A program made the translations under genes and the position numbers. The notes under the pieces are model-generated. The model made no database searches, was not told the origin of the DNA, and worked only from the letters and a program-made list of their open reading frames with translations. A stretch of 32,534 nucleotides of DNA. Source: Nemertoderma westbladi (taxonomy: Eukaryota > Animalia > Xenacoelomorpha). Shown here piece after piece: positions 20,651 to 31,888 of the stretch. The DNA is taken from assembly GCA_032718475.1 (NCBI GenBank), contig JAUCBJ010004821.1, positions 1-32,534 of the forward strand, given 5' to 3'. Positions within the stretch are counted from its first letter, which is position 1. Each line of letters begins with the position of its first letter.

Positions 20651-21848
20651 TGTTCGCGCTTTCAGACCTTTAGCAGTTTAACCTGCCAAATGTAGATGTC
20701 TTCTAGATTATAAATCGACTTTAGCCTATGACGAGTATTGGATACACTACATTAGCCGAAGCCAGTCTATGCGCGACCATTCACCCGCTGGATATACCCG
20801 GGAGACTGGATTCGGAAGCTTTGACCTTATTGCGGTGTAGGCCTACTGTATTATTCGACTGATTGTTAATATATAATTTCTGACAAATATTATTAACTTT
20901 CGGGAAATATTAACAGTTCCTTTAGGACGTGGCGCTCTAAATATGTAAACAGAGTTATGACTTATACTAGACACAACGGGATGGCTATGGATTCACGTAT
21001 AAAGCGCATTCTTTAGGAGATGCTTTGTTATCAGTCACAATCATGCACACTACCACACAATGCTGCACACCGATCTGCCGACCTTCACTAATTTTAGTCA
21101 CATATAAAGAGAACAACCGACTCATGTAGTGCCTATGAAATAGCATTAGATTCACTCCAAAACCACTTTAATGTAAGTCGCAATTGTTATATGTAACCGG
21201 TCTCTCTAACCTTCAGTATATCAAGAAGATTGGGGTTTCTGATTATTGATCGATATTATCCAAATATAACAATATTCCATCAACTGATATAATGAATAAC
21301 CGACAGTAAATAGCAGTAAAAATGCGGTGTTTGTAGTTGACAATATGATTTGACACACTGACTTGTGATTAGTTTGTGTGGCGTTTGATTAGATAACAGA
21401 TATACGTTTCTATGATCAAGCCTACTAATGTTTGGCTAAAGCCTGAAAACATAGAGATTCCAAAGCCGGTCTTCTGGCTGTGGACAAAATACACATACTG
21501 ACTCAATTGCATGAGTTTCTGTATACAATCTCCAACACAGAGTCAAAAAGCGCTCTGATTGGCCGACCGTACAAAGAGAGAACAGAGAACAGAGAACAAA
21601 GATATGTTACACGTGGACATATCAGCTGTTAGATGTCGTCATGGTAACTACACTGTGTCAAGAGGATTTTAGCGTATTGCGACATAAAATTGCTAGTTAT
21701 GTCCGCTAAAGTACACATACAGAAGAAATGGCTTTTTATGTCCACTAAAACACCGGTACAGTAAGGAAACGGCTTTTTATGTCCGTTAAACCAACTACAG
21801 AGTACTTTGCGGGGAAAATAACCAGCTAATTCCGCAAAAGCTTTTACA
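20651..21848 (-). repeat. 5' LTR of the BEL element (1198 bp)
   Basis: Direct repeat of 5854-7047 with TG...CA termini. Contains a sense-strand CCAAT box (GGCCAATCAG, 21564-21555) and ATTAAA (21172-21167). Confidence 0.97.
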
Positions 21849-21853
21849 AATAC

Positions 21854-23390
21854 CTTTTGGATGCTTCGGTTAGGACAGCTAGATATTCGTATAATGATCG
21901 CCAGAATTTCCCGGAATATTTGCATTCGGAGAGGCATTGTTTGTGAGAGCTCGTGGATTACCTGATTGTTGGCATAGCAACCCAAGTGCAAGATCCCACG
22001 TATAACCTTTCGGTAAGTAACGTCAACTCCATCTCTGTCATGTTCAGAAAGCTTGTGAACCCAGATTTTATCTAGGGGGCCTAGATAAAATCTCGTGCTG
22101 TATAGAATCTTTGGCACAGCATTTGAAGTCCAAAGCTTTGCTTAAACTAAATCACTCTGGTGTCCAACTATGGCGGTGAAACTCGTTGGCAATTCCATAC
22201 AAGATGCTGTCAATTTCTCCCCTCAATTTGTCTGAAGTCGAAAAAATCTTAATTCCAAGAAATTTGATTTGGTTGCAAGGTATTAGAAGTTTACCATTAA
22301 TATTTACTACATTCGATTCTTCGAATTTACTTGATATACAAATCCATTTAGTTTTGAACTGCTCCATCTCCAGATCTATTTTAGAAGCGCCGTCTTTCAA
22401 TATTTTGGCCAGCCTTGTGATGTCTTCCTTATACGTTGTAAGGAGTAAATAGTCGTCAGCATAGCACACTGCTCCTAACCACAATGAAGAGATCGTACAT
22501 CCAATCTGAGACTTCTCCATTTCATACATAATGTCTGATGTATATAAGTTAAATAGTAGAGGCGACACAATTGACCCTTGCTTGACCCCATTGGATAGTG
22601 AGAAACCTTTAATGTCTACAAGGTTATCGAATTTACAATACATTATAGTTACATTGTAATAACTCATTAACAATAGTGTTGTGTATGGGTCTAAATATTC
22701 CGAGAGTTTTCTGAACAGCTTCTCGTGATTTACGCTGTCAAATGCGGAAGCTATATCCATTTGGCAGAGGTATATTGGTACCTTCCTCTCGCGATAGTAT
22801 TCAATACTTTCTAGAATCAAAGATATTACAAGGTCGGCTCCATTTTTTTTCCCTATATGCTGTCTGCAACCCATGAGTTTTTAGGCCTGTGAAAGTTGTT
22901 ATCCTGTATGCTATTACTCCCTCCAATACTTTTCCAAACACACTTACGCTTGATACTGGCCGATAAGATGATGGTTGTTGTGCATCCCTTCCTCCACCTT
23001 TAAAGATACTGCTGATTATAGTTTTGGTTTTGATTTGGTTTAGTGCCATGGTTACCTTTCTCAGATTACTTTTCGATATAAAGTTCCTCAGTCTCCGAAT
23101 ATTCCTCCTTGCCTCCTTAAAAGCAGTGCCATAAGGATCTTTATCTTCCTTCCTCTTATTATTATGAACTCTTACGTTCTTTGTTTGTTTTCTATGGTTG
23201 GGTTTATATAGTTGGGTGGCTAATGTCATCCGGTAGGCCACGCGTGAAGATCACAAATAACCCATACAGTCATGATAGTTGACCCCTAAGTTGTCTAAAA
23301 ACACATGTTGGCAATCGTGAAAGTTATGCTGGGTACATGTTTCCATGGCAACTAGTATTTTGTGAGATTGGTATTGGTATTTAAAATGCC
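21854..23390 (-). pseudogene. Decayed APE-type LINE RT, RTE-X-like; 5'-truncated at the satellite border
   Basis: YRPVSSVSVFGKVLE, DIASAFDSVNH, GVKQGSIVSPLLFNLY, IGCTI..GAVCYADD, KFLGI; frameshifts and an apparent internal deletion upstream of YRPVS. Clade assignment is tentative. Confidence 0.8.
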
Positions 23391-23392
23391 TT

Positions 23393-26300
23393 GCGCTGGG
23401 CTGGTGTCAATCACTGATACCAACGTTATCTGGTGCTGGGCTGGTGTCAGTCACTAAGTGGTACCAACGTTATGTGGTGCTGGGATGGTGTCAGTCACTA
23501 AGTGGTACCAACGTTATCTGGTGCTTGGCTGGTGTCAGTCACTAAGTGGTACCAACGTTATCTGGTGCTGGGCTGGTGTCAGTCACTAAGCGGTACCAAT
23601 GTTATCTGGTGCTGGGCTGGTGTCAGTCACTAAGTGGTACCAACGTTATCTGGTGCTGGGATGGTGTCAGTCAATGTTATCTGGAGCTGGGAGCTGGGCT
23701 GGTGTCAGTCACTAAGCGGTACCAACGTTATATGGTGCTGGGCTGGTGTCAGTCACTAAGTGGTACCAACGTTATCTGGTGCTTGGCTGGTGTCAGTCAC
23801 TAAGAGGTACCAACGTTATCTGGTGCTGGGCTAGTGTCAGTCAACGTTATCTGGCGCTGGGCTGGTATCAGTCACTAAGTGATACCAACGTTATCTGGTG
23901 CTGGGCTGGTGTCAGTCAACATTATCTGGTGCTTGGCTGGTGTCAGTCACTAAGTGGTACCAACGTTATCTGGTGCTGGGCTGGTGTCAGTCACTAAGTG
24001 GTACCAACGTTATCTGGTGCTGGGCTGGTGTCAGTCACTAAGTGGTACCAACGTTATCTGGTGCTGGGCTGGTGTCAGTCACTAAGTGGTACCAACGTTA
24101 TCTGGTGCTGGGCTGGTGTCAGTCACTAAGTGGTACCAACGTTATGTGGTGCTGGGCTGGTGTCAGTCGCTAAGCGGTACCAACATTATCTGGCGCTGGG
24201 CTGGTGTGAGTCACTAAGTGGTACCAACGTTATGTGGTGATGGGATGGTGTCAGTCACTCTGTGGTACCAACGTTATATGGTTCTGGGATGGTTACAGTC
24301 ACTAAGTGGTACCGACGTTATGTGGTGCTGGGATGGTGTCAGTCACTAAGTGGTACCAACGTTATGTGGTGCTGGGATGGTGTCAGTCACTAAGTGGTAC
24401 CAACGTTATCTGGTGCTGGGCTGGTGTCTGTCACTAAGTGGTACCAACGTTATCTGGTGCTGGGCTGGTGTCAGTCAACGTTATCTGGCGCTGGGCTGGT
24501 GTCAGTCACTAAGTGGTACCAACGTTATCTGGTGCTGGGCTGGTGTCAGTCACTAAGTGGTACCAACGTTATCTGCGCTGGACTGGTGTCAGTCACTAAG
24601 TGGTACCAACGTTATCTGAGCTGGGCTGGTGTCAGTCACTAAGTGGTACCAACGTTATCTGGTGCTGGGATGGTGTCAGTCACTAAGTGGTACCAACGTT
24701 ATCTGGCGCCGGGCTGGTGTCAGTCACTAAGTGGTACCAACGTTATCTGGTGCTGGGCTGGTATCAGTCACCAAGTGGTACCAACGTTATCTGGTGCTGG
24801 GCTGGTGTCAGTCACTAAGTGGTACCAACGTTATGTGGTGCTGGGATGGTGTCAATCACCAAGTGGTACCAACGTTATCTGGCGCTGGGCTGGTGTCAGT
24901 CACTAAGTGGTGCCAACATTATGTGGTGCTGGGATGGTGTCAGTCACTAAGTGGTACCAACGTTTTGTGGTGCTGGGCTGGTGTCAGTCACTAAGTGGTA
25001 CCAATGTTATGTGGTGCTGGGATGGTGTCAGTCACTAAGTGGTACCAACGTTATCTGGCGCTGGGCTGGTGTCAGTCACTAAGTGGTACCAACGTTATCT
25101 GGCGCTGGGCTGGTGTCAGTCACTAAGTGGTACCAACGTTATACTGGCGCTGGGCTGGTGTCAGTCACTAAGTGGTACCATCGTTATGTGGTGCTGGGAT
25201 GGTGTCAGTCACTAAGTGGTACCAACGTTATCTTGCACTGCGCTGCGCTGGGCTGGTGTCAGTCACTAAGTGGTACCAACGTTATACAGCGCTGGGCTGG
25301 TGTCAGTCACTAAGTGGTATCAATGTTATGTGGTGCTGGGATGGTGTAAGTCACTAGGTGGTACCAACGTTATCTGCGCTGCGCTGGGCTGGTGTCAGTC
25401 ACTAAGTGGTACCAACGTTATGAGGTGCTGGGATGGTGTCAGTCACCCAAGTGGTACCAACGTTATGTGGTGCTGAGATGGTGTCAGTCACTAAGTGGTA
25501 CCAACGTTATCTGGTGCTGGGCTGGAGTCAGTCACTAAGTGGTACCAACGTTATGTGGTGCTGGGATGGTGTCAGTCACTAAGTGGTACCAATGTTATCT
25601 GGCGCTGGGCTGGTGTCAGTCACTAAGTGGTACCAACGTTATCTGCGCTGGGCTGGTGTCAGTCACTAAGTGGTGCCAACGTTATGTGGTGCTGGGATGG
25701 TGTCAGTCACTAAGTGGTACCAACGTTATCTGCGCTGAGCTGGTGTCAGTCACTAAGTGGTACCAACGTTATCTTGCGCTGGGCTGGTGTCAGTCACTAA
25801 GTGGTACCAACGTTATATGGCGCTGGGCTGGTGTCAGTCACTAAGTGGTACCATCGTTATGTGGTGCTGGGATGGTGCCAGTCACTAAGTGGTACCAACA
25901 TTATCTTGCGCTGCGCTGCGCTGGGCTGGTGTCAGTCACTAAGTGGTACCAACGTTATACGGCGCTGGGCTGGTGTCAGTCACTAAGTGGTATCAACGTT
26001 ATGTGGTGCTGGGATGGTGTCAGTCACTAAGTGGTACCAACGTTATCTTGCGCTGCGCTGGGCTGGTGTCAGTCACTAAGTGGTACCAACGTTATGTGGT
26101 GCTGGGATGGTGTCAGTCACCCAAGTGGTACCAACGTTATGTGGTGCTGGGATGGTGTCAGTCACTAAGTGGTACCAACGTTATCTGGCGCTGGGCTGGT
26201 GTCAGTCACTAAGTGGTACCAACGTTATCTGAGCTGGGCTGGTGTCAGTCACTAAGTGGTACCAACGTTATCTGGTGCTGGGCTGGTGTCAGTCACTAAG

Positions 26301-27130
26301 TGGTACCAACGTTATCTGGTGCTGGGCTGGTATCAGTCACTAAGTGGTACCAACGTTATCTGGTGCTGGGCTGGTGTCAGTCACTAAGTGGTACCAACGT
26401 TATGTGGTGCTGGGCTGGTGTCAGTCACCAAGTGGTACCAACGTTATCTGGCGCTGGGCTGGTGTCAGTCACTAAGTGGTGCCAACATTATGTGGTGCTG
26501 GGATGGTGTCAGTCACTAAGTGGTACCAACGTTATGTGGTGCTGGGCTGGTGTCAGTCACTAAGTGGTACCAACGTTATGTGGTGCTGGGATGGTGTCAG
26601 TCACTAAGTGGTACCAACGTTATCTGGCGCTGGGCTGGTGTCAGTCACTAAGTGGTACCAACGTTATCTGGCGCTGGGCTGGTGTCAGTCACTAAGTGGT
26701 ACCAACGTTATACGGCGCTGGGCTGGTGTCAGTCACTAAGTGGTACCATCGTTATGTGGTGCTGGGATGGTGTCAGTCACTAAGTGGTACCAACGTTATC
26801 TTGCACTGCGCTGCGCTGGGCTGGTGTCAGTCACTAAGTGGTACCAACGTTATACAGCGCTGGGCTGGTGTCAGTCACTAAGTGGTATCAACGTTATGTG
26901 GTGCTGGGATGGTGTAAGTCACTAAGTGGTACCAACGTTATCTTGCGCTGCGCTGGGCTGGTGTCAGTCACTAAGTGGTACCAACGTTATGAGGTGCTGG
27001 GATGGTGTCAGTCACCCAAGTGGTACCAACGTTATGTGGTGCTGAGATGGTGTCAGTCACTAAGTGGTACCAACGTTATCTGGTGCTGGGCTGGAGTCAG
27101 TCACTAAGTGGTACCAACGTTATGTGGTGC
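23393..27130. repeat. 44-bp satellite array, block 1
   Basis: Consensus GCTGGGCTGGTGTCAGTCACTAAGTGGTACCAACGTTATCTGGT in head-to-tail tandem. Confidence 0.98.
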
Positions 27131-28680
27131 CCCAGGTAGCACAGGACGTCCACGAAAGAAATTGAACGTTCATATTTGGTACTTTTTTTATGCGAATCTG
27201 AACATCAATGAAATATTGTTCAAAATAGGTAAAAATTGCTGACGTTGTGAGTAATTTACCAAATTGTGACGTTCACATTAGGTAATTTAACGTCCTAACT
27301 TTAAAGAAATTGAATATGTACCAAAACAAACGAATATTGAACGTTCAAATTGCGTCCAGTTATGCGTTCATTTCTTTGTACCTAAATATGTACGTTGTTT
27401 GAACATTTATGAACGTTCAAACATAATTTACTTTAACTTGTTATGTCAATGGCATGTTCAAACTTGTTCGTGATACAATTATCTGACTATTTATTATTGT
27501 GCAATTATTTTTTATGTTGGTTAGCCTACTCCTTGTATGGTTGGTGTGGTTCCGCTTAGTTATATCTGGACTAATGGTTCATTCTCAATACAAAACAATT
27601 ACTTTAAGTAATCGAAAAATTATTCACACAACAAAACATTGATAACCAATACAATGCTGACGCATTTTTAAACATTTTAAACAACAAATAACATCAAAAT
27701 TAGACAAAGGTGATTCTACTGATTACTAAAGCTAATACACTAGTACTATGTCACGAAAAATTGTAATAAAATTATTAGAATATATTAGGCCTATTGAACC
27801 AAGAAAATATCAAACAAAGAAAACCGCAAAAGTTTGTCTATTTTGATACCAACTGACCAAATACCATTACATTTTGTTGAGATAAATCGGATATATGGGC
27901 GTTGGAATGTTCAAACTTCTATCATGCGTAGGGTAATTTTTTTAATCGCAAAACATTATTTTTTATTTTACAAATTTATCATATTATATAAACCTTTCTT
28001 ACGTTTCAATTGCTTTTTGTATGTATTATTGCCTTATTGCATAGATACAAAATTTCAAATATCAATTATAAGGTCATAAAATTAATTAATTTTTTTAAGA
28101 TTCATCAATATGAATAATCTATTTTGGCTGGAAATAAGATAAAATACAGAAATCTAACTAATCCAATGTGAATTTGTGGATCATCACCATAATATATCAT
28201 GGATACTCTTATATCACTATCGATTAAATAATTTCATATATACTCTGATGCTTCCTTCTCTAAATGTATAGGGTATTGTAGGTGTAGGGCCGTAGGATAG
28301 GGTGTAGGGATTGGATAAGGTAGGCTAACCCCCCCCCCCCCCCCCCTCCCCTCTCTACACAGAACATGCACCAACAAACAGTGATTGGTTGGTCTCACGT
28401 TAAATTTTTACGTTTATTCAACCTAATATGGACCTATAACACACCAGAAATGAACGTCTAGTGAACACGTCATTTGAACATAGATTGCCTGTGGTCTCTT
28501 TTACGTTCAATTGCCCGTTCATATTACGGTACTTCTGACGGCCAACTTTGAACTATTGAACGTTTAGCATCAATAGCATCTTATGGGAGAAATACAACGT
28601 CATATGAACATAAATCCAGAACGTCTGGACGAATAATGAACGTAAATTTACCGTAAATTTACGTATTTGTGCTACCTGGG
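27131..28680. mobile_element. Non-autonomous CMC/EnSpm-like DNA transposon (1550 bp) inserted in the satellite
   Basis: 13-bp TIR CCCAGGTAGCACA / TGTGCTACCTGGG, 2-bp TSD GC (27129-27130 and 28681-28682), many subterminal GAACGT/ACGTTC motifs at both ends, AT-rich non-coding interior. Confidence 0.85.
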
Positions 28681-30761
28681 GCTGGGATGGTGTCAGTCAC
28701 TAAGTGGTACCAACGTTATCTGGCGCTGGGCTGGTGTCAGTCACTAAGTGGTACCAACGTTATCTGGCGCTGGGCTGGTGTCAGTCACTAAGTGGTACCA
28801 ACGTTATCTGGTGCTGGGCTGGTGTCAGTCACTAAGTGGTACCAACGTTATCTGGCGCTGGGCTGGTGTCAGTCACTAAGTGGTACCAACGTTATCTGGT
28901 GCTGGGCTGGTGTCAGTCACTAAGTGGTACCAACGTTATCTGGCGCTGGGCTGGTGTCAGTCACTAAGTGGTACCAACGTTATCTGGTGCTGGGCTGGTG
29001 TCAGTCACTAAGTGGTACCAACGTTATCTGGCGCTGGGCTGGTGTCAGTCACTAAGTGGTACCAACGTTATCTGGCGCTGGGCTGGTGTCAGTCACTAAG
29101 TGGTACCAACGTTATCTGGCGCTGGGCTGGTGTCAGTCACTAAGTGGTACCAACGTTATCTGGTGCTGGGCTGGTGTCAGTCACTAAGTGGTACCAACGT
29201 TATCTGTGCTGGGCTGGTCGTCACGTCCAACGTTATCTGGCGCTGGGCTGGTGTCAGTCACTAAGTGGTACCAACGTTATCTGGCGCTGGGCTGGTGTCA
29301 GTCACTAAGTGGTACCAACGTTATCTGGTGCTGGGCTGGTGTCAGTCACTAAGTGGTACCAACGTTATCTGGTGCTGGGCTGGTGTCAGTCACAACGTTA
29401 TCTGTGCTGGGCTGGTAGTCACTAAGTGGTACCAACGTTATCTGGCGCTGGGCTGGTGTCAGTCACTAAGTGGTACCAACGTTATCTGGTGCTGGGCTGG
29501 TGTCAGTCACTAAGTGGTACCAACGTTATCTGGTGCTGGGCTGGTGTCAGTCACTAAGTGGTACCAACGTTATCTGGTGCTGGGCTGGTGTCAGTCACTA
29601 AGTGGTACCAACGTTATCTGGTGCTGGGCTGGTGTCAGTCACTAAGTGGTACCAACGTTATCTGGTGCTGGGCTGGTGTCAGTCACTAAGTGGTACCAAC
29701 GTTATCTGGTGCTGGGCTGGTGTCAGTCACTAAGTGGTACCAACGTTATCTGGTGCTGGGCTGGTGTCAGTCACTAAGTGGTACCAACGTTATCTGGTGC
29801 TGGGCTGGTGTCAGTCACTAAGTGGTACCAACGTTATCTGGTGCTGGGCTGGTGTCAGTCACTAAGTGGTACCAACGTTATCTGGCGCTGGGCTGGTGTC
29901 AGTCACTAAGTGGTACCAACGTTATCTGGCGCTGGGCTGGTCAGTCACTAAGTGGACCAACGTTATCTGGCGCTGGGCTGGTGTCAGTCACTAAGTGGTA
30001 CCAACGTTATCTGGCGCTGGGCTGGTGTCAGTCACTAAGTGGTACCAACGTTATCTGGCGCTGGGCTGGTGTCAGTCACTAAGTGGTACCAACGTTATCT
30101 TGCGCTGCGCTGGGCTGGTGTCAGTCACTAAGTGGTACCAACGTTATCTGGTGCTGGGCTGGTGTCAGTCACTAAGTGGTACCAACGTTATCTGTGCTGG
30201 GCTGGTGTCAGTCACTAAGTGGTACCAACGTTATCTGGTGCTGGGCTGGTGTCAGTCACTAAGTGGTACCAACGTTATCTGGTGCTGGGCTGGTGTCAGT
30301 CACTAAGTGGTACCAACGTTATCTGGCGCTGGGCTGGTGTCAGTCACTAAGTGGTGCCAACGTTATGTGGTGCTGGGATGGTGTCAGTCACTAAGTGGTA
30401 CCAACGTTATCTGGTGCTGGGCTGGTGTCAGTCACCCTAAGTGGTACCAACGTTATGTGGTGCTGGGCTGGTGTCTGTCACTAAGTGGTACCAACGTTAT
30501 CTGGTGCTGGGCTGGTGTCAGTCAAAGTTATCTGGCGCTGGGCTGGTGTCAGTCACTAAGTGGTACCAACGTTATCTGGTGCTGGGCTGGTGTCAGTCAC
30601 TAAGTGGTACCAACGTTATGAGGTGCTGGGATGGTGTCAGTCACCCAAGTGGTACCAACGTTATGTGGTGCTGGGATGGTGTCTGTCACTAAGTGGTACC
30701 AACGTTATCTGGTGCTGGGCTGGTGTCAGTCACTAAGTGGTACCAACGTTATGTGGTGCTG
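28681..30761. repeat. 44-bp satellite array, block 2
   Basis: Same monomer, in register across the MITE insertion. Confidence 0.98.
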
Positions 30762-31888
30762 TGTCGGGGTTAGTGACCGCTATGGGTCATATGGGTAAAA
30801 CTGTGAGGACCTGGCGAATATATCTCCCCGTAGATAATACACCAGGCGAGTAGCGGCCCACTGGTTGGCTTGGATCTCCAGCCCGACTGCCCGATGTGCA
30901 GTGCAGCAGCCTAGAGTCAGCGCAGCGTCACTGGTTCACGCGCACGATTTGTGAGGCTGGGGATGTGTTTGGTTCAAACTCTTACAGCGGGCTGCTAGGG
31001 ATCTGGCTATGGGGATAAGGATGTGAAAATTGCAGAGTGGTTCATTGTATAAAAATGTATCTATAATATCTTATAAGCAGAATAAGCCTAGAAACTAATG
31101 TCCCACATTTACATTTACAAACATAACAATATTGAAAATAACAGAAAGGTGACTTACTGGCATTTAATAATCTGCACAGCACAATGCAAACCCAGCACAA
31201 CAGACCAGAGAGACACGGCTTCCAAAGTTTGTAATTTATTAGATTCTCCAAACTGCTCACGCTGACAAAGAGATAATAGCACCATTGAACAACAGAACTG
31301 CATTTGAATATAGTTCGTGCGTGCGTGAGCGCGTGCGTGAGGATGTGCGTGAGCGCGTGCGTGAGCGCGTGCGTGAGGATGTGCGTGAGCGCGTGCGTGA
31401 GCGCGTGCGTGAGCGCGTGCGTGAGCGCGTGCGTTAGCGCGTGCGTTAGCGCGTGCGTTAGCGCGTGCGGTAACCAAATTAAGTGACCGCTATGACTGTA
31501 GGCCTTAGATGGCCAAAGTACTGCACTGCTAAATACATGACAGCACAAACCGACAAGCTAGCTACCTACATACTGACAACGTGAATTAATGACACCTGAG
31601 AAATAGAGTGTACTATACTTATGGGAGCTACTCTGTACAGAGGTCAACCTGTTGTATGAAGTGTAACATTAAACTAAGTATAAACCCCTGCTATTGGCTC
31701 GGCTATTAATTATCGAGTTTGTTAGGCGCCGGAACCAAAGCTAAAGGCTACCTCTAATCAGAGCAGATATAATCGCACAATAATATTATGGGTCTAGGAC
31801 TTCGTTGCTAAGTAGATATCACCAGTAAATATAAATGGAATGCATATTAGTTCGCGAAAAGCTTATTGGAGAGAGGATGGACAATACA
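30762..31888. mobile_element. Solo LTR (~1127 bp) inserted in the satellite
   Basis: TGT...ACA termini and 5-bp TSD TGCTG (30757-30761 and 31889-31893); removal restores an intact monomer. Confidence 0.8.
31316..31469. repeat. 12-bp minisatellite (GCGTGCGTGAGC)n
   Basis: About 12-13 tandem units with GAGGAT and TTAGC variants. Confidence 0.95.

Larger units (their letters stand above)
5854..21848 (-). mobile_element. Full-length BEL/Pao (Belpaoviridae) LTR retrotransposon, probably Sinbad/Suzu-like; inactivated
   Basis: Paired TG...CA LTRs, 5-bp TSD AATAC (5849-5853 and 21849-21853), and gag-PR-RT-RH-IN order with BEL-specific motifs. Confidence 0.97.

Noticed and set aside
21629-22117. 162-aa ORF as a real gene
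   Set aside because: Chimeric: the LINE frame reads through the AATAC junction into the BEL LTR.
30880-31000. tRNA-derived SINE or tRNA primer gene (GGTTCAAACTC, B-box-like)
   Set aside because: No convincing A box or cloverleaf.
31042-31548. ORFs with HALT/ARAH/SACV repeats
   Set aside because: Produced by the 12-bp minisatellite, which is open in several frames.
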